A stretch of 63,825 nt of DNA, filler included, from Folioceros fuciformis (taxonomy: Eukaryota), in assembly GCA_049999805.1 (NCBI GenBank). It is 6 parts of 6 records of this genome, joined end to end, with 100 filler letters (N's around TTAATTAATTAA, not from the genome) between each part and the next. Parts side by side here need not be neighbours in the genome. Positions count along the whole stretch, not along the records: positions 49,682 to 60,030 come from JBNGIO010005392.1; positions 60,131 to 63,825 come from JBNGIO010005412.1; 4 more parts are not named here. One strand, given 5' to 3'. The notes below the pieces were generated by a model, which was given only the letters and a program-made list of their open reading frames with translations, did not search any database and was not told where the DNA came from. A program made the translations under genes and the position numbers. Of the stretch, positions 50,684 to 63,260 are shown in pieces (the first letter of the stretch is position 1; each line of letters begins with the position of its first letter).

Positions 50684-52146
50684 CTCTAGGTCAGTCAACT
50701 CTGCCTAGTTTGGCAACCATCAGGAATGTCTCTTATTTATAGCCCTTTCATTTGTACAAATAATTGGAGCAAATGGTATTTTGTGCTCATAAACCCATGT
50801 AAAATGAAACCCCTATGCTTTCCATGTCCTTCATCTACTAGGATTGCCCAAGATAAAAGTTTTGAGCAAGTCTTCAAATTCTAAAAACATAGATAATTTT
50901 ATGAAGTGCATATGGTTCAACCAGTCTTAGCGAAGATCTAATGTTCGGAATTGCCTCAAACTTGTCGAAACCTGCACATCTTGTTTATAGTGTTCTCAAA
51001 GAACAAAGACATTGAAGATGATCTAAAAACCTGCATCTCGGCCATACCAGACTTGGCAGCTACTCTTCATAACCTTTCTGGTTTATCTTCAAACTTGCAA
51101 TACCGGCCTTTCTGGGTCATCTTCAAACCTGCAAGGTCATGTAAAGTGGAGCATGAAGTGCTCTAGAGAGCAATTGCAACTCGAAGACAACCTAAGGATT
51201 CTGTAAAGTTTGGCTACATGCATCCTTGTTACATGTATATAGCAAGATCTAAGACATTAAGTCTCTACTCCATGCTTCTCCTAAGTGGCTTTATGTGATG
51301 AGCATTCTCTCTGGACTGCTGACTTTACTAATGCTAGGTGAAGTTGAGAGAAGAGCCCTTATCCGCTTTGTTGTCTTATGTTGTTTTTATTGCACTTTAA
51401 CAAATCCACACGAGTGAAGACATTGAGGAAAACCACATGGGAGTCTGCCCAAGAGGCGCCATAGTATTGATCTTCAAGATGGAGGATTGTCAAAGCAATG
51501 CAAGTGGTCCTTCAACATTTGTGAGCTCCAGCCCACAATTGATCTCCTCCGCATTTGTTATGAAACACTTGGATGCTACATCCCAGCTCCATATCATGGA
51601 ATACTGGATGGTGCATCCAAATTCCAATTTATGATGAAGTGTCATATGGGGGATCGAAGCTCTTGAAATGGGAAGCGCTAGTCGGAAAGAAATCATGGGT
51701 CTTGGGATGGCTCCAGTCTATTTAAGGGCATTAGCCAAGTAGGCAGGAACACACTAGTGACCAGAGAAATACATTGAGTGGACACAAACGCAATGGAGGA
51801 AAGTAATTATTTGAGAAAAACAAGATAGGAAACCATCTACCCCGCTAGACGTGACCAGGCCGCCGGGGGCTAACCCCTGACGCCGCTGGAGTTGTAGTTC
51901 TGCATCATTCATGTGCTGGGAGGGTGCTCTGCTCTCCATCTGTTTGTCAAGGTCGATCCACCTTTGAGAGAGAAAGATGTTAGACAGTTAACCAGCTTGT
52001 GGAACGTTAACAATATGCTAACCATTTCCATCGCCTGAAGATCCCGGGGGGTGGAACAAGTGTATAGTACACGGATTCAAGGAGTGCTTGGGCAGTCGCC
52101 GGTCTCCTGATGTTACCCTCCCCTGATCGATACTGTCGTGTGAACG

Positions 52147-53546
52147 ATGTCAGAGAGGGACTCTATAACTGCCCAATTGCAGGATGCTCTGATGCAGGCT
52201 TTGAGCGGGAGTGCTCTGCACGTCCCTTGCTCTGATGAAGCTCCAGGAACGTCATCGGGGCCACAAGCGGTATTGCCCTACGGTGAGTCATCGGTAGGCA
52301 GCGAGAAAGTAGGAAGCGGCACTCCGCTTGTCGATTCCGCAATATCTGAGCAGCAAAGCCAAGTTTTGAGTTTGGCAGACTTGGAATTCATGTTGTTGGA
52401 TGAAAGTGACCAGGATGAGTCGCATCTTTCGGACATGATTGCCTGCCACGAACTGCATACTGAGCTAGCATGTATTACTGACGAGGAGGTAGGTCATTCT
52501 GACATACCCGAGACCTGGCAGGAGGTGCTCAAAGACAATGAACGGGATGCAAGGGTGATAGAGCTGAAAGACCTGCTGCAGGAGTGTGCAAAGGCAGTCC
52601 TTGAGGATGATTTTCACACATCCACCATGCTGGTGAGCAACAGCAGGAGATACTCCACTCCTTACGGTTCTGATCTACAACGTCTGACCCACTATCTTGT
52701 GGTGGCATTGGTTGCTTCTCGACGCATCTGAAGGAGCAAAACGAGTGCGCATCATTAGCTATGGCATTCAGAATGGACGGCAATGGCCCAACTTCACGAG
52801 GGTTCTTGCTTGCCGTGTAGGAGGTGCTCCACGGCTGAGAATGACTGGCATTGAACTGCCTGGGCTTGGTCTTGACCAGGATGAAATGCTCATGGCAACT
52901 GGGACCAGGCTGAAAAGTTTTGCAACAAGTTTCCGGATTCCGTTTGAGTATAAAGGCATCTCAAACAACTGGGAAGATGTGCAGGTTTTTGAAATAGGTC
53001 TACGGGATGATGAAGTGCTTGCTGTGTGCTCTGTATACCGGCTCCGACATCTGCTGGACGACAATGTGATGCCGACCAACCCAAGCAAGATTGCTTCACT
53101 GGATTTGCAGTATGAACCCTACAGTGTTTGTCACAGTGGTGGTGTCCACGGCAGTAAATATGCACTCTTTGCTGGCTAGGATTCCTAACCTTGTGGATTA
53201 CATGAGTCATCTATTTGATTTGCATGAATACACACTGGCTGACTATCCAGAAGAGAGAATATATTTGGAACAGGAAATTCCTGGCCGTGCTATCCTGAAC
53301 ATTCTTGCTTGTGAGGGGTTGGATAGGTGGGAACGAGCTATGACCCATGGTGAGTGGGAACATCTGCTTGTGAATGCTGGGTTCCAGCAGGTCGCATTGC
53401 AGAAGAATTGGTTCAAAGGTGTAGTGGAAATGCTGGAAGGCTATCACAAAGAGTTCAGTGTTCGACAGGAGCGTGGATGGTTTTTCCAGTGCTGGAAGCA
53501 AAAAGCTCTTCATGCAATGGCAGCATGGAGATGTGCACGGTGGTAG
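52147..53546 (+). pseudogene. GRAS transcription factor (LISCL/SCL14-like), with deletion and frameshifts
   Basis: LKDLLQECAKAV..TPYGSDLQRLTHY; VRIISYGIQNGRQWP (VHIID); PRLRMTGIELP; ILNILACEGLDRWER; AMAAW (SAW). Confidence 0.9.
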
Positions 53547-54069
53547 GAACACGCGGACAGGGAATTGTTGGACAACCCTGATGATATGGACCAGGTGGCG
53601 GCCTCTCGTTCATACTCCTGTGATGCAGATCCGCACAGGCAGGTCAGTCTCCGTCTGCTAGGCCCTGAGAGGACTAAAACGAATGTCCCAAGCAAGCTTA
53701 GTACAGACAGAGACGCTGGATACTCCAGCATAAAATTTTCCACACGCTGCTCAACAGCTTGGACGTTCAGGTGAGGAGACGATGACGCTGCTGAATTGTG
53801 CTAGGGGAGTGGTTGCAGGTGGTATTCCCAATGGCACATGGGAAGAGTCTGTGGAGGATCAAGATGCCGAGTTTGCGGCTTTCTCACGTAATTGCCCACC
53901 AGGCACAGCGTAGTGAGCTTGCATGTCTAATTCAAAAGGTAGCCGTTCGCTTGAATGTTTCTGGATGTGGTTCGAGGACACCCCTAATCAGCCGAGTGCT
54001 GGTGCCAGAGTATGCTACAGAACATGTCGTCCTTAACCTGCAGTTGGATGCTTCAACGTTGCCTGCTGG

Positions 54070-55049
54070 TACTCCTCGGAAGCAGCTCTGTGTGAGTGAT
54101 ATTACAGACATGCTGGTGGAATGTGCATTGGCTGTTCTTGCAACTGATGTTTCCAATGCCACCATGCTTGTGAACAAAATCAGGTTACTTGCCACTCCCA
54201 ATGGCTCTGCCTTTCAAAGGATGACACACTACTGTTTGGAGGGATTCGAGGCCAAGCTCCATGGCATAGGTGCCGATTTGTACTCTGGAGGGATTTGCGG
54301 CCAAGCTCCATGGCACAGGTGCCGATTTGTACACTGCATCTTTTAAAAATCGTCCTGATGGATACTACACCCAGAGAGCCCAGACAGTTGTTTCGGTTGT
54401 ACATAATGGCATGTCAGTTCACCAACGCAGCGCTGCTGGATGTATTTGAAGGAGCAGACCGGGTGCACGTCATCAGGTTTGGTATCCTGAATGGACGACA
54501 AGGGTTTAGCTTCATGGAGGCCCTTGCGAACTGGTCCGGAGGTCCTCTGCAGTTAAGACTAACTGGCATTGAGTACCCTCAGCCTGGTCTGGTGCAAGTC
54601 GGGCGCAAGCTCGAGGTGTTCGCAGAATGCCTAGGAATTCGCTTTGGTTTCCAAAGCATCTGAGGCAAGTGGGAAGATGTCCAAGTGCATACAATGGGGC
54701 TGAGGAAAGATGAATAGCTTGCCGTGTGCACCTTGTACCGTCTGCGCCGTCTGATGGATGACAGTGTGCTTCCTTCCAATCCAAGGAGGATTGTGCTGGA
54801 AAAATTTTGCAGCATGAACCCCGTAGTTTTCGTGACAGTGTTCATGAATGCGGCTTTAAACTCCCCTTTCTTGGTGAAGAGGATTCCTGCCCTTGTTGGA
54901 TGGATGAGTTGTGTGTATGAAATTTATGAATCCACATTGCCTGACCATCGAGAGGAGAGACAATACCTGCAGTCCGAGGTATCGGGCCGCAGCATTCTCA
55001 ATATCCTGGCGTGTGAGGGACTGGACAGGAGGGAAAGATGTACCAGTTA
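54070..55049 (+). pseudogene. Second tandem GRAS (LISCL-like) pseudogene, 3'-truncated
   Basis: MLVECALAV..TPNGSAFQRMTHY; VHVIRFGILNG; LRLTGIEYPQPG; ILNILACEGLDRRER; stops at 54661 and 54715; internal ~33-bp duplication at 54250/54300. Confidence 0.9.
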
Positions 55050-56345
55050 ACTCTGCAGCTTGGTATTCCTCAACAACCAATGTCCGTGAGCCTCTTGTAC
55101 CGGTAGATATGATTTCGTACTGGTTACATTTGTTGATACTCTTGAAGTGTGGCCTTCAATGCTGCAGTGACGATGCCCATAGCATGGTCTGGTACTGTCA
55201 GCGGCAGTGCAGTGACTGGGCCGACTCTTCCAACTCTTTCTGCAGTGAGTTAGGACTGCCACCCCCACAGCTTGTATGATTCCAATCCCCATATTTCTGG
55301 TGAAGGTCTTGAAGGAATGTAACCAGGTGCTGGCGGGCTTCAGTCTTCTTGAGTTTATATAAGAGGTTCGTTCGTTGTAGCAACCCTTCCATGTCTGGTT
55401 GGTGAGTGTCAGTCAACATGTTGCCCTTGCATTCCAAGATCTAGAAAGCGTCAAATTTCATGTGCTCGTTAACTTTGAATCTCCACAGACAGGTCTACTG
55501 TCTGCTTGTATCTCCTCCATTTTCCTTGACTCATATGCAATTCCTTGCTGTCCAGGGACAGTTGAGTAATTCGAGGTCTCGACTCTTGATCCGGACCTGA
55601 TTACAAACCAAACCTTGTCTGTCTTCAGACAATCTCCAATCTTCACCAGGAACGGCGGTGACCGAAGGCCCGGCGGGAACCACCGGCCAGATTCTTGATG
55701 GGTGAGCATCACGATATGGGCGTGATGCGTTGCAGGGTCGCACTGCAACGTGGACCCTTTTCTCGAGACAGACCAACCTAGAAGCCGTGAACTGGTTACC
55801 TCCTGTATCTGGCACAGGCAGATCCACAGATGTGCATGCTCACCCGTGGTGCTACATGCTCATCCGGGGTGCTACAGCAGCCTCACACAGAAATTTCAAA
55901 TGCGTGTTGTTGGTACTGAAGGGAGCTCGAGCAAGCCTCCCCCGGGGTATCTTCGAGCCAAATTCCTTTGAAGAGAAGAAAAGGCCAAAATGCCCTAGCA
56001 GAGGGAATTTTACCCACCCAGGTAAAACAAGCGCTACCAGAGAAGAAAACAAGAGAGGAGATTTCCTTATGAAAAAGGAGATAGAAACCAATGTACCCCT
56101 AAACGAAACCGAAAACGTACTAACAAATAAGCCCCTCAGCTGAAGGCCCTTAAGTTGTCTTTCAGGTTGATCAAAAAACCCAAAAGTCATCAAAGACAAG
56201 CCCAAGTGCTTAAATCTGACGAGCAAACTTCGAGTCATCAAGGCAAGCCACCCAAGTTCTTAAAGTTGACAAACGAACTTAGAGTCATGAAGACAAGCCT
56301 GGGTGCGGGTTGGAAACCCAGGTTCTTAAACAAAGTCCTGAGTTA

Positions 56346-56445
56346 GAAATACAAGCACAAGATAGAGGTATTAGAAACACAGCATAAGAGAGAGGCATTA
56401 GAAACACAAGCGCAAGAGGGAGGCATTAGAAACCCAAGCAGAGGT
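56346..56445. repeat. ~28-bp degenerate tandem repeat (AGAAACACAAGC..GAGGCATT), about 3.5 copies
   Basis: Direct reading. Confidence 0.75.
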
Positions 56446-58782
56446 AGAGACAACCCACACATAGTATCCAAATAGTATACATGGTTTCAACAACTTGCAA
56501 TCTTGAAAACCACAAAACTTAAAAGATAACTTATTAGCCCATAGTGTTTATAAACTAATGATCATTTCATCCATTAAATTGTATAAGTTAATCCATTAAA
56601 ATATTAATTATTAATATAAATAAATTAGAAATCCCCATGTGTTTTGTATGTTATGAAAGACAAACTTGATAAAGGGACAATATGCCAAAGAATAGCATAT
56701 TTCAAAAATAAAAAAGATGAGATTCTTATGCATATTCTGAAGAAGTAAATAGGTTCAATAGTATATAAGTCAATGAGTCATGAAGTCAAAGAAAATATAG
56801 AATCGATGTTATTGAAAAAGAGGTTTTTTTTTTATCATTTGAATGCATACGAATATATGTCTTAAAGTTTTATGACTTAAGTGGTATAAAAACCCACAAA
56901 GTAGTGGTATGAGAAGTAAAATGGGAGATGACAATGAACATGGAACACTATGATGTAGTGCATCTGCACAATTTATTTCCATTGCTCCTCTTGCTCTTCA
57001 TTACAATGGTAGAGAGTGAGAGAACTGTTCAGCCACGGCTTGTTCCAGTTCGATCTAATTGTGGGTCTTCGTTTTGGCCACTTGGAATCATGGACGCTTT
57101 CATCCAACCTCATCTTAGCATTCTTATCAATGGTGCATATCCAAAATTTCCACAAGGCCTTCCGCATGTTTATACAGCTAGAGTAGTAGAGGACCAACTT
57201 TGGAGCATGGCTAATTGCTTCTTGGGGTATTCTATGAAGAGCNNNNNNNNNNNNNNNNNNNNNNNNNNNNNNNNNNNNNNNNNNNNNNNNNNNNNNNNNN
57301 NNNNNNNNNNNNNNNNNNNNNNNNNNNNNNNNNNNNNNNNNNTTTCTCACATGGATTTAAATAGTAATAAGATATCTATAATAGGCTATAATTATATATT
57401 TAATATATTATTATATATAATAGAGTAAATAAATTATCATAAATATATAATAAATTGTTAACATATATATATATAACCATAAGGTGGACCAATAACTAGA
57501 ACGAACAAAGAAACAGCGCGGTCTCCTTGTAGCATGCTATAGACGTCTCGGTGGATAGGCTAACTACGTATTTGGGGCTGGTCCCCCTGACTATATCCGG
57601 TTTTACCGCAGCAGCGACGCCTTACATCCAGGGGCTCGGATTCTAAGAGCAACAACCTGTAGGTGGCACCTGTAGCCATGGGGCATACCGAGATCGAAAA
57701 TTAGTCCTCACTTGGCAGTTAGATTCAGACATCGTCGAGAATTACTCCAACTGAAATCAGGGTCTAGGAGCATAACCGCCTCTGGACTAGACTATCCTTG
57801 CCTGTACAACCGAAATTGACGTGACGGGAGTCCACCAGGTCCAGACATTTGGATCAGAGGGATGTGACGCACAACTTACAAGCCTAGGTGCGTGTAGTGA
57901 ACCACTCACAACTCACAACATTGGCCCGTGAAAATTCAGACATTACCAAAAATGTGTGACTAATTTTGTTATACCAAAGAGCATTTGATCCAAATTGGGT
58001 CTCCTCCGCATGCCGACACCATGATTCCTTCTCCATCACCAACAGCGAACATTTGCACTTCCATCCGATCAGTAGCATGAGGTCCTTGATTTCCAGCTCC
58101 AGAGACCTCACAATTTGACTATCAATCTCCTGCATGATCCAAAAGTCACATTCCCGCGCCCTGCAAGGCAGACAGGGCGCGCTGGTTGCCCGTCTCCCAG
58201 GGAGCAGAATAATCAAACTGACATCTGAACCGCAACGACTGCCCATTGAGTGCTGATTTGATGCTCGATACCCATGCTTTAAAGCAGCCAGAGTTCAGCT
58301 CTGAAAAAAAAAAAAAAAAAAACTGCCACACTGACACTCTTTCCCGAGAGCTGGGAAATCTTCACCATATGGAGGAAAGCCTGCATGGCACCTCGATATC
58401 GGAAAGTACTTGCCGTCAGAAGAGGAGAGCCCGAATCTCAGCCTCAGGCATACAGCCATCATCAGTCTCAATCAGATACCATTTCCATTGCTGCAGTGAC
58501 GGGATAGCATACGTCAGCCAAAGGCTGCACCTTAGACGAAGAATCGGCTGACCTCGTCGCTCGCAGGGAGAGTGAATTTTACTTTTGCATGGCTGCCAGA
58601 AAGCCTACATGGTGGCGCATCCCCTTCCTGCGCAAATATACGAGGAAGAAATCCGGAGCAACCTGATTAGTCATTGTCTGCGTGATTGCACACAAGAAAA
58701 CATCAAGGGGAACGCCCTGCCTGGGACTCTCGAGGGAGAGAAACTGTCTCTATCCACACAACGGCTCCGAACCTCCCCGAAC

Positions 58783-59526
58783 TCATCCCTTCTTCACAGG
58801 CCGTTGCACATACGACTTGTTAGGATCCTCCGTCTTAAGCTTAGGCGGCCGTAGCTCCCTCGTCTTCACCTTCTTGCCTCCCTTCATGAAATCCCGCCAA
58901 CTCGTGACTCTGTTTTCCCTAGTCTCCTCCCACTTTTCTTGATCCTCCCGCTTCCTCTTCCACATCTCCCTCGTCTCCTCCTCCTCCTTCTTCAACCTCC
59001 CTTCCTCCTCCGATATCCGCATCTGCATCTTCCGCCGCCGCCACTCCTGCTCCGTCAGTATATCCCTCACCCGCTGTTTCAACCTCTGCTTCCACTCCTC
59101 CGACTCCTCGTACTGCGCCTCCGACTTGCCCTCGTCCACCATGGACCTGATCTTGGACGCCGTGTCCCGCTTCAGCTGCTTCTTCCTCTCCGCTCTCAGC
59201 TCGTCCCTGGCCAGGCAAATCTGCGCAACCACGTATTCCCGCTCCTGCGGATCCAGCAGCAGCTGTTGCGCCTTGGCCAGCGCTCCAAACGCCTCCTTCG
59301 CCTGCGGATGCTTGCATTTGTCCGGGTGGATCAGCAGCGACAGCTTCCGGTACTGCCTTCTCACTTCCTCCGGCGTCGCCTCATACTGCAGATTGAGATG
59401 CTCGAATGGATTGAGCTTGAAACACGAAAGCACCCGCACGACCTCGTTGTCCCGCTCAACCTCGCTCACCTCCGCAAAAAACTCCTTCAGCAGCAAATCC
59501 TCCGACACGGCCACCGGATCCACCAT
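58783..59526 (-). CDS. DNAJC8: J-domain protein, DNAJC8/spf31-like, 247 aa, single coding exon
   Basis: FFAEVSEVERDNEV..CFKLNPFEHL..YRKLSLLIHPDKC..WEETRENRVTSWRDF..RPPKLKTED; intact ATG to stop. Confidence 0.93.
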   Translation of the reverse strand: MVDPVAVSEDLLLKEFFAEVSEVERDNEVVRVLSCFKLNPFEHLNLQYEATPEEVRRQYRKLSLLIHPDKCKHPQAKEAFGALAKAQQLLLDPQEREYVVAQICLARDELRAERKKQLKRDTASKIRSMVDEGKSEAQYEESEEWKQRLKQRVRDILTEQEWRRRKMQMRISEEEGRLKKEEEETREMWKRKREDQEKWEETRENRVTSWRDFMKGGKKVKTRELRPPKLKTEDPNKSYVQRPVKKG

Positions 59527-59930
59527 GTCGCCTGCCTGCTTCCAGCCTCCCGTGCCCCGCTCCCTCGTCTCTCCCCTTCCTTCCTCCTTCGCATCTGCAG
59601 TTAGCAGCAGGCCAGGCTCTCACAATCCCAGCCCTAGAAAATACCGTCTTCCTGGTTCGCTCAACAAAAGCCTCAACCCCAGGTTTATCCCACTATCTCT
59701 CACCATTACCTCCCTGCAACACCTACATAGAAAAACAACACGCAAATACATACGCCAAGGAAATTTCTTCCCTTTTAAATTATCCTACCTCAATATAAGA
59801 AGAAGGTTCGTATGAAATATCGATATGGACAAGGTTTTTCACATAAATTTTAGGGTGGCGGTATATGGTGTAATTTTAGGGCAGGGGTATACGGTGCAAA
59901 ACGTTTGTGCCCGTTTCGGTCATAGGGCAT

Positions 59931-59962
59931 AAAGTAGGTGTCCCGATCGGGACACCTACTTT
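59931..59962. repeat. Perfect 32-bp palindrome AAAGTAGGTGTCCCGA|TCGGGACACCTACTTT
   Basis: Second half is the exact reverse complement of the first. Confidence 0.95.
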
Positions 59963-60149
59963 GTTTTATCCCTCGCGTCCCGGTCCTTCTCCTCCACTCA
60001 CACTCATTCCTTTTTTTAGTTAGTTAGGGTNNNNNNNNNNNNNNNNNNNNNNNNNNNNNNNNNNNNNNNNNNNNTTAATTAATTAANNNNNNNNNNNNNN
60101 NNNNNNNNNNNNNNNNNNNNNNNNNNNNNNTGAAACCCTAAACCCTCAA

Positions 60150-61638
60150 TTTTGCAAGATTGACAGTCGATGTTGTGGAGAGACAGCACCTGCCAGACGC
60201 GAGTGATCTACATCATTCTGTGGACTCTTCTACACTCGCGTCAATCTGTGCACTCTTCTGCACTCGCGTCAATCTGTGCACTCTTCTGCACTCGNNNNNN
60301 NNNNGCATCTGGCAGGTGCGTGATGGAATTCGATTTTCAAATTTATGCGTGTGGCGCAGGGTCTTATGACTTGCTGCCCGTGGCTAGTACCAAGCCCGAC
60401 GTCAAAAAAAGTCGGGCGGGTGAGGGCGAGTTGGGGCGTCGGGAGCTTGCTGGGTGGAGAATGGGGATAGGCACGGGGGTGCCAACCCTTGCCCTTGCCT
60501 CAGCCCCTGGTGCGCCATGGGCTAAGGACCCTGAGTGCAGCCAGCTGGACAGAGGAGGAGGAAGCCCAGGCATGGCCGGGCAGTGGTCGGGAGACGGCCT
60601 GGCGGCATCATGGGGGGTGGGCAGGATGAAGGCAGGCAAGCAGTGTGCTGGCGGATTTTGGAGCACTTAACGAGGGCAATTGAAGGTCGTCCGTGAGCCA
60701 TGCCTTGCAACCCTGCTGTGGATTGGAGCTAGGAGGATTGCACTCCTTCGGCTGTCATCCATTGTCGCCATAATTAGCGTTCGGCTTTCCACCCACGAGT
60801 AGCGGGTCGGGACCCTCGCAGGCGAGAAGCTTAACGTTAATTACGACGACAACGGCTGACGGATGTCACTCCGAAGACGCCATGCTCACTCGTCTGCGGC
60901 CTTCAGCCAAAGACACCTGGACGGACTCTGAATCATGCTTTTCCTTGCGCAGCATCGTCTTTGAGATTAAGTACGGGCGGGCAATATTTGATCCCGAGGT
61001 AGGAGAGAAGTCTTTGGCAAAGCTCAGGTAAGGTGACTATTTCGGAATGTCTTGTCTGCTGGTTGTTCCTACATCGCCATGTCGTGGGGCCGTGTTATGC
61101 GACTATGTTGGGAGGTGAGCTGCGTATGCTGCAAGGCTGGACAAGGGGGGAGGAACATTGTGCTGACCAGTGGTGCTGCAAATGGGATGGAGCTAAGGGC
61201 ACCCAACGATGCTGCAAATTTGTCCACGGGCCGAGGTCTGACTCCGGAATGTGCAAAGGCTTCTATTTCCTACAATGGCAGGTAGTAGCTTACCTCAGTA
61301 TTGTGCCCATTGTTCTCGTATGGTATGCAGTGCGTGTCAATCAGGTTTGTTGTCGACCGCAGCCCTTTTGGTCTCTACCCGAAGGGACATGTTTTTTCCT
61401 TAGGTCAGCTCTTCTACGTGAAGTCAAACGCAGGAATACATGTAAAGGCAGCATTTATGTGGAGCGTTGTGAGGCAGATGGCACTCTGGTGTGTGATGAA
61501 CTCCTCTTCCATGTCCCCACACTGTGGGATCCGCTTGTGAGTGTACATGCCGGAGAGCCAAGAAAGGCTGCTTGTGTGACCGCTGCACCGAAGGTTGTCA
61601 AGGGCTTGGATGAAAGTGATGACTTCATGAAACCCTGA
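60150..61638 (+). pseudogene. RPP30: RNase P/MRP subunit p30 (RPP30/GAF1)-like, intron-containing, diverged and frameshifted
   Basis: FARLTVDV; SYDLLPV; IVFEIKYG; WTRG(fs)RNIVLTSGAANGMELRAPNDAANL..AKASISYNGR|SALLREVKRR; donors after 61027 and 61281, acceptor at 61403. Confidence 0.75.
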
Positions 61639-62824
61639 ACATCACTGCACTGTTGGCGCAAGCTGTGGAAGGAGATGAATCTGCAGGTGACGTACATGTG
61701 GCCTCTGCAGCTGAGGCGGATGTGGCTGGTGCAGCTGACTTGGATCCGGCTGATGCACCCTGAGGAAGATACAACTATTGGAGTTGAGCATGAGGTAGAG
61801 CATGGCTATGAAGAGACTGTGGTCGAACAGTCTGCTGCGCCAGTAGAGTCGCTCGAAGGCATCTGCCCATCACAAGAGCACACTGCGAGTCGTGTATAGG
61901 GTTTAGCAGTGCGGAAGCAATGGCACAACAGAAATTGCACACCGCTTGATACACTCTTCCACTGTGATGGCTATTAGAGCTTGCTCCTACAAGCGCCTAC
62001 GCTTGTCGCTCCTGCAGAGCGTATCCATTACGGCCAATCTAAGTTCATATGAGGAGACCAGCAAGAGCGGCTTCAAAATCTGGATCTAGCATGATTTCCA
62101 TGCTCGAGAACCCCCAAGCAAGAGCTCATCCGCTCAGCCCCCCCTCCCTTCTTGCCAACGAGCCCGTGACTATGAGAGCTCGCGAAAAACGGGTGACGAA
62201 GAATATTCTGGGAAGACCCTAAACCCTAAAGGAATATTCTGTGCATATTCCATCCCAAAATGAGAATATTCCCTGCAGATCTAACCCTAAGAAACTAAAA
62301 ACCTGGGTGACAAATTTACGTAGCGTGAACCCGAAAACGAGAAAATGTGGTGTTTTTTCTGTGTCCGGTTTCGTGCGTCGTCCGCTTTGGGAGAGTTACC
62401 AAAAGGGACATGAAAAATATGGGCATCAAAAGCGAATATTCTGAAAGATACCCCATGAAAAACCCTTAAAAAATGGTTAGTAAGAGAGTGTCCGCTTTGG
62501 TATGCCATACCTCAGACTGCTCCACTGACCTTTGCGGTGATGAACCACTTTCGCCTGGGACAGGATATGATCAACCCACAGCTCGATGAAAGCAGATTGC
62601 TGAGCTATGAAAAGAAAATGGGGCCAGGAACACTTGCTCATTGATGTTCGGCGGAGTTCCACACCAAGTCCACTTTGAAGGATTCTTGGAAAACCGATTC
62701 CACCGCCGCTAACAAAGTTCCAACGTTTCGAGAGGAAAGTAAGAGAATACGAGGATTCTACCCTTCCCTCAATGAACCTATAAAGCCCCATAGGTGCTTG
62801 TGGAATACCGTAGGTGCCTGTCAA

Positions 62825-62902
62825 CGCAAGGTCTCCAACAAGCCCAACCCCGAAACTGAAGACATCCCTCTTGTTGGTGAGCATGCCAGTTGTGTAGTAC
62901 CC
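62825..62902 (-). pseudogene. Short duplicated kinase fragment (YYTTGMLTNKRDVFSFGV)
   Basis: Similar to 63760-63825 at nucleotide level; frameshifted. Confidence 0.7.
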
Positions 62903-63260
62903 GCCATCACTAGCGCGTCACCATCAGCAAGTGTGAGAGCCTTTGCAAATTTCCCCCCCTTGTTAAGAGATTTATGAAGGGCCCTATAGAAGTAAAGCTC
63001 CCATGCAGGATGAACCGTGCTCAAACCGTGTGAAACCGAAATCCGTATTCCTTCCCAAAGACTGCAGTGCAGCTTCATGTCGGACTTAAAAGTTCGCGAG
63101 CGGGCAGACGACTGAGTGAAAGGTACACCATGGTGGCTGGCATCCTACAAAATATGGTGGCATCCTCAACACTGTGCCCGCCAGTTAGAACGAGCGAGTT
63201 GCCTGAACAGTTGAGCATGGTGAAAGATTAAGACTAATGGAGAACAAAGGCTCAAGAGCC

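Noticed and set aside
55050-55870. Short minus-strand ORFs truncating GRAS copy 2
   Set aside because: Coding-like composition but no family recognised
58304-58322. Poly(A) tail of a retrocopy
   Set aside because: It is poly-T on the gene's strand and is better explained as a polypyrimidine tract
58939-59815. Long plus-strand ORFs overlapping the J-protein gene
   Set aside because: Antisense shadows of a GC-rich CDS
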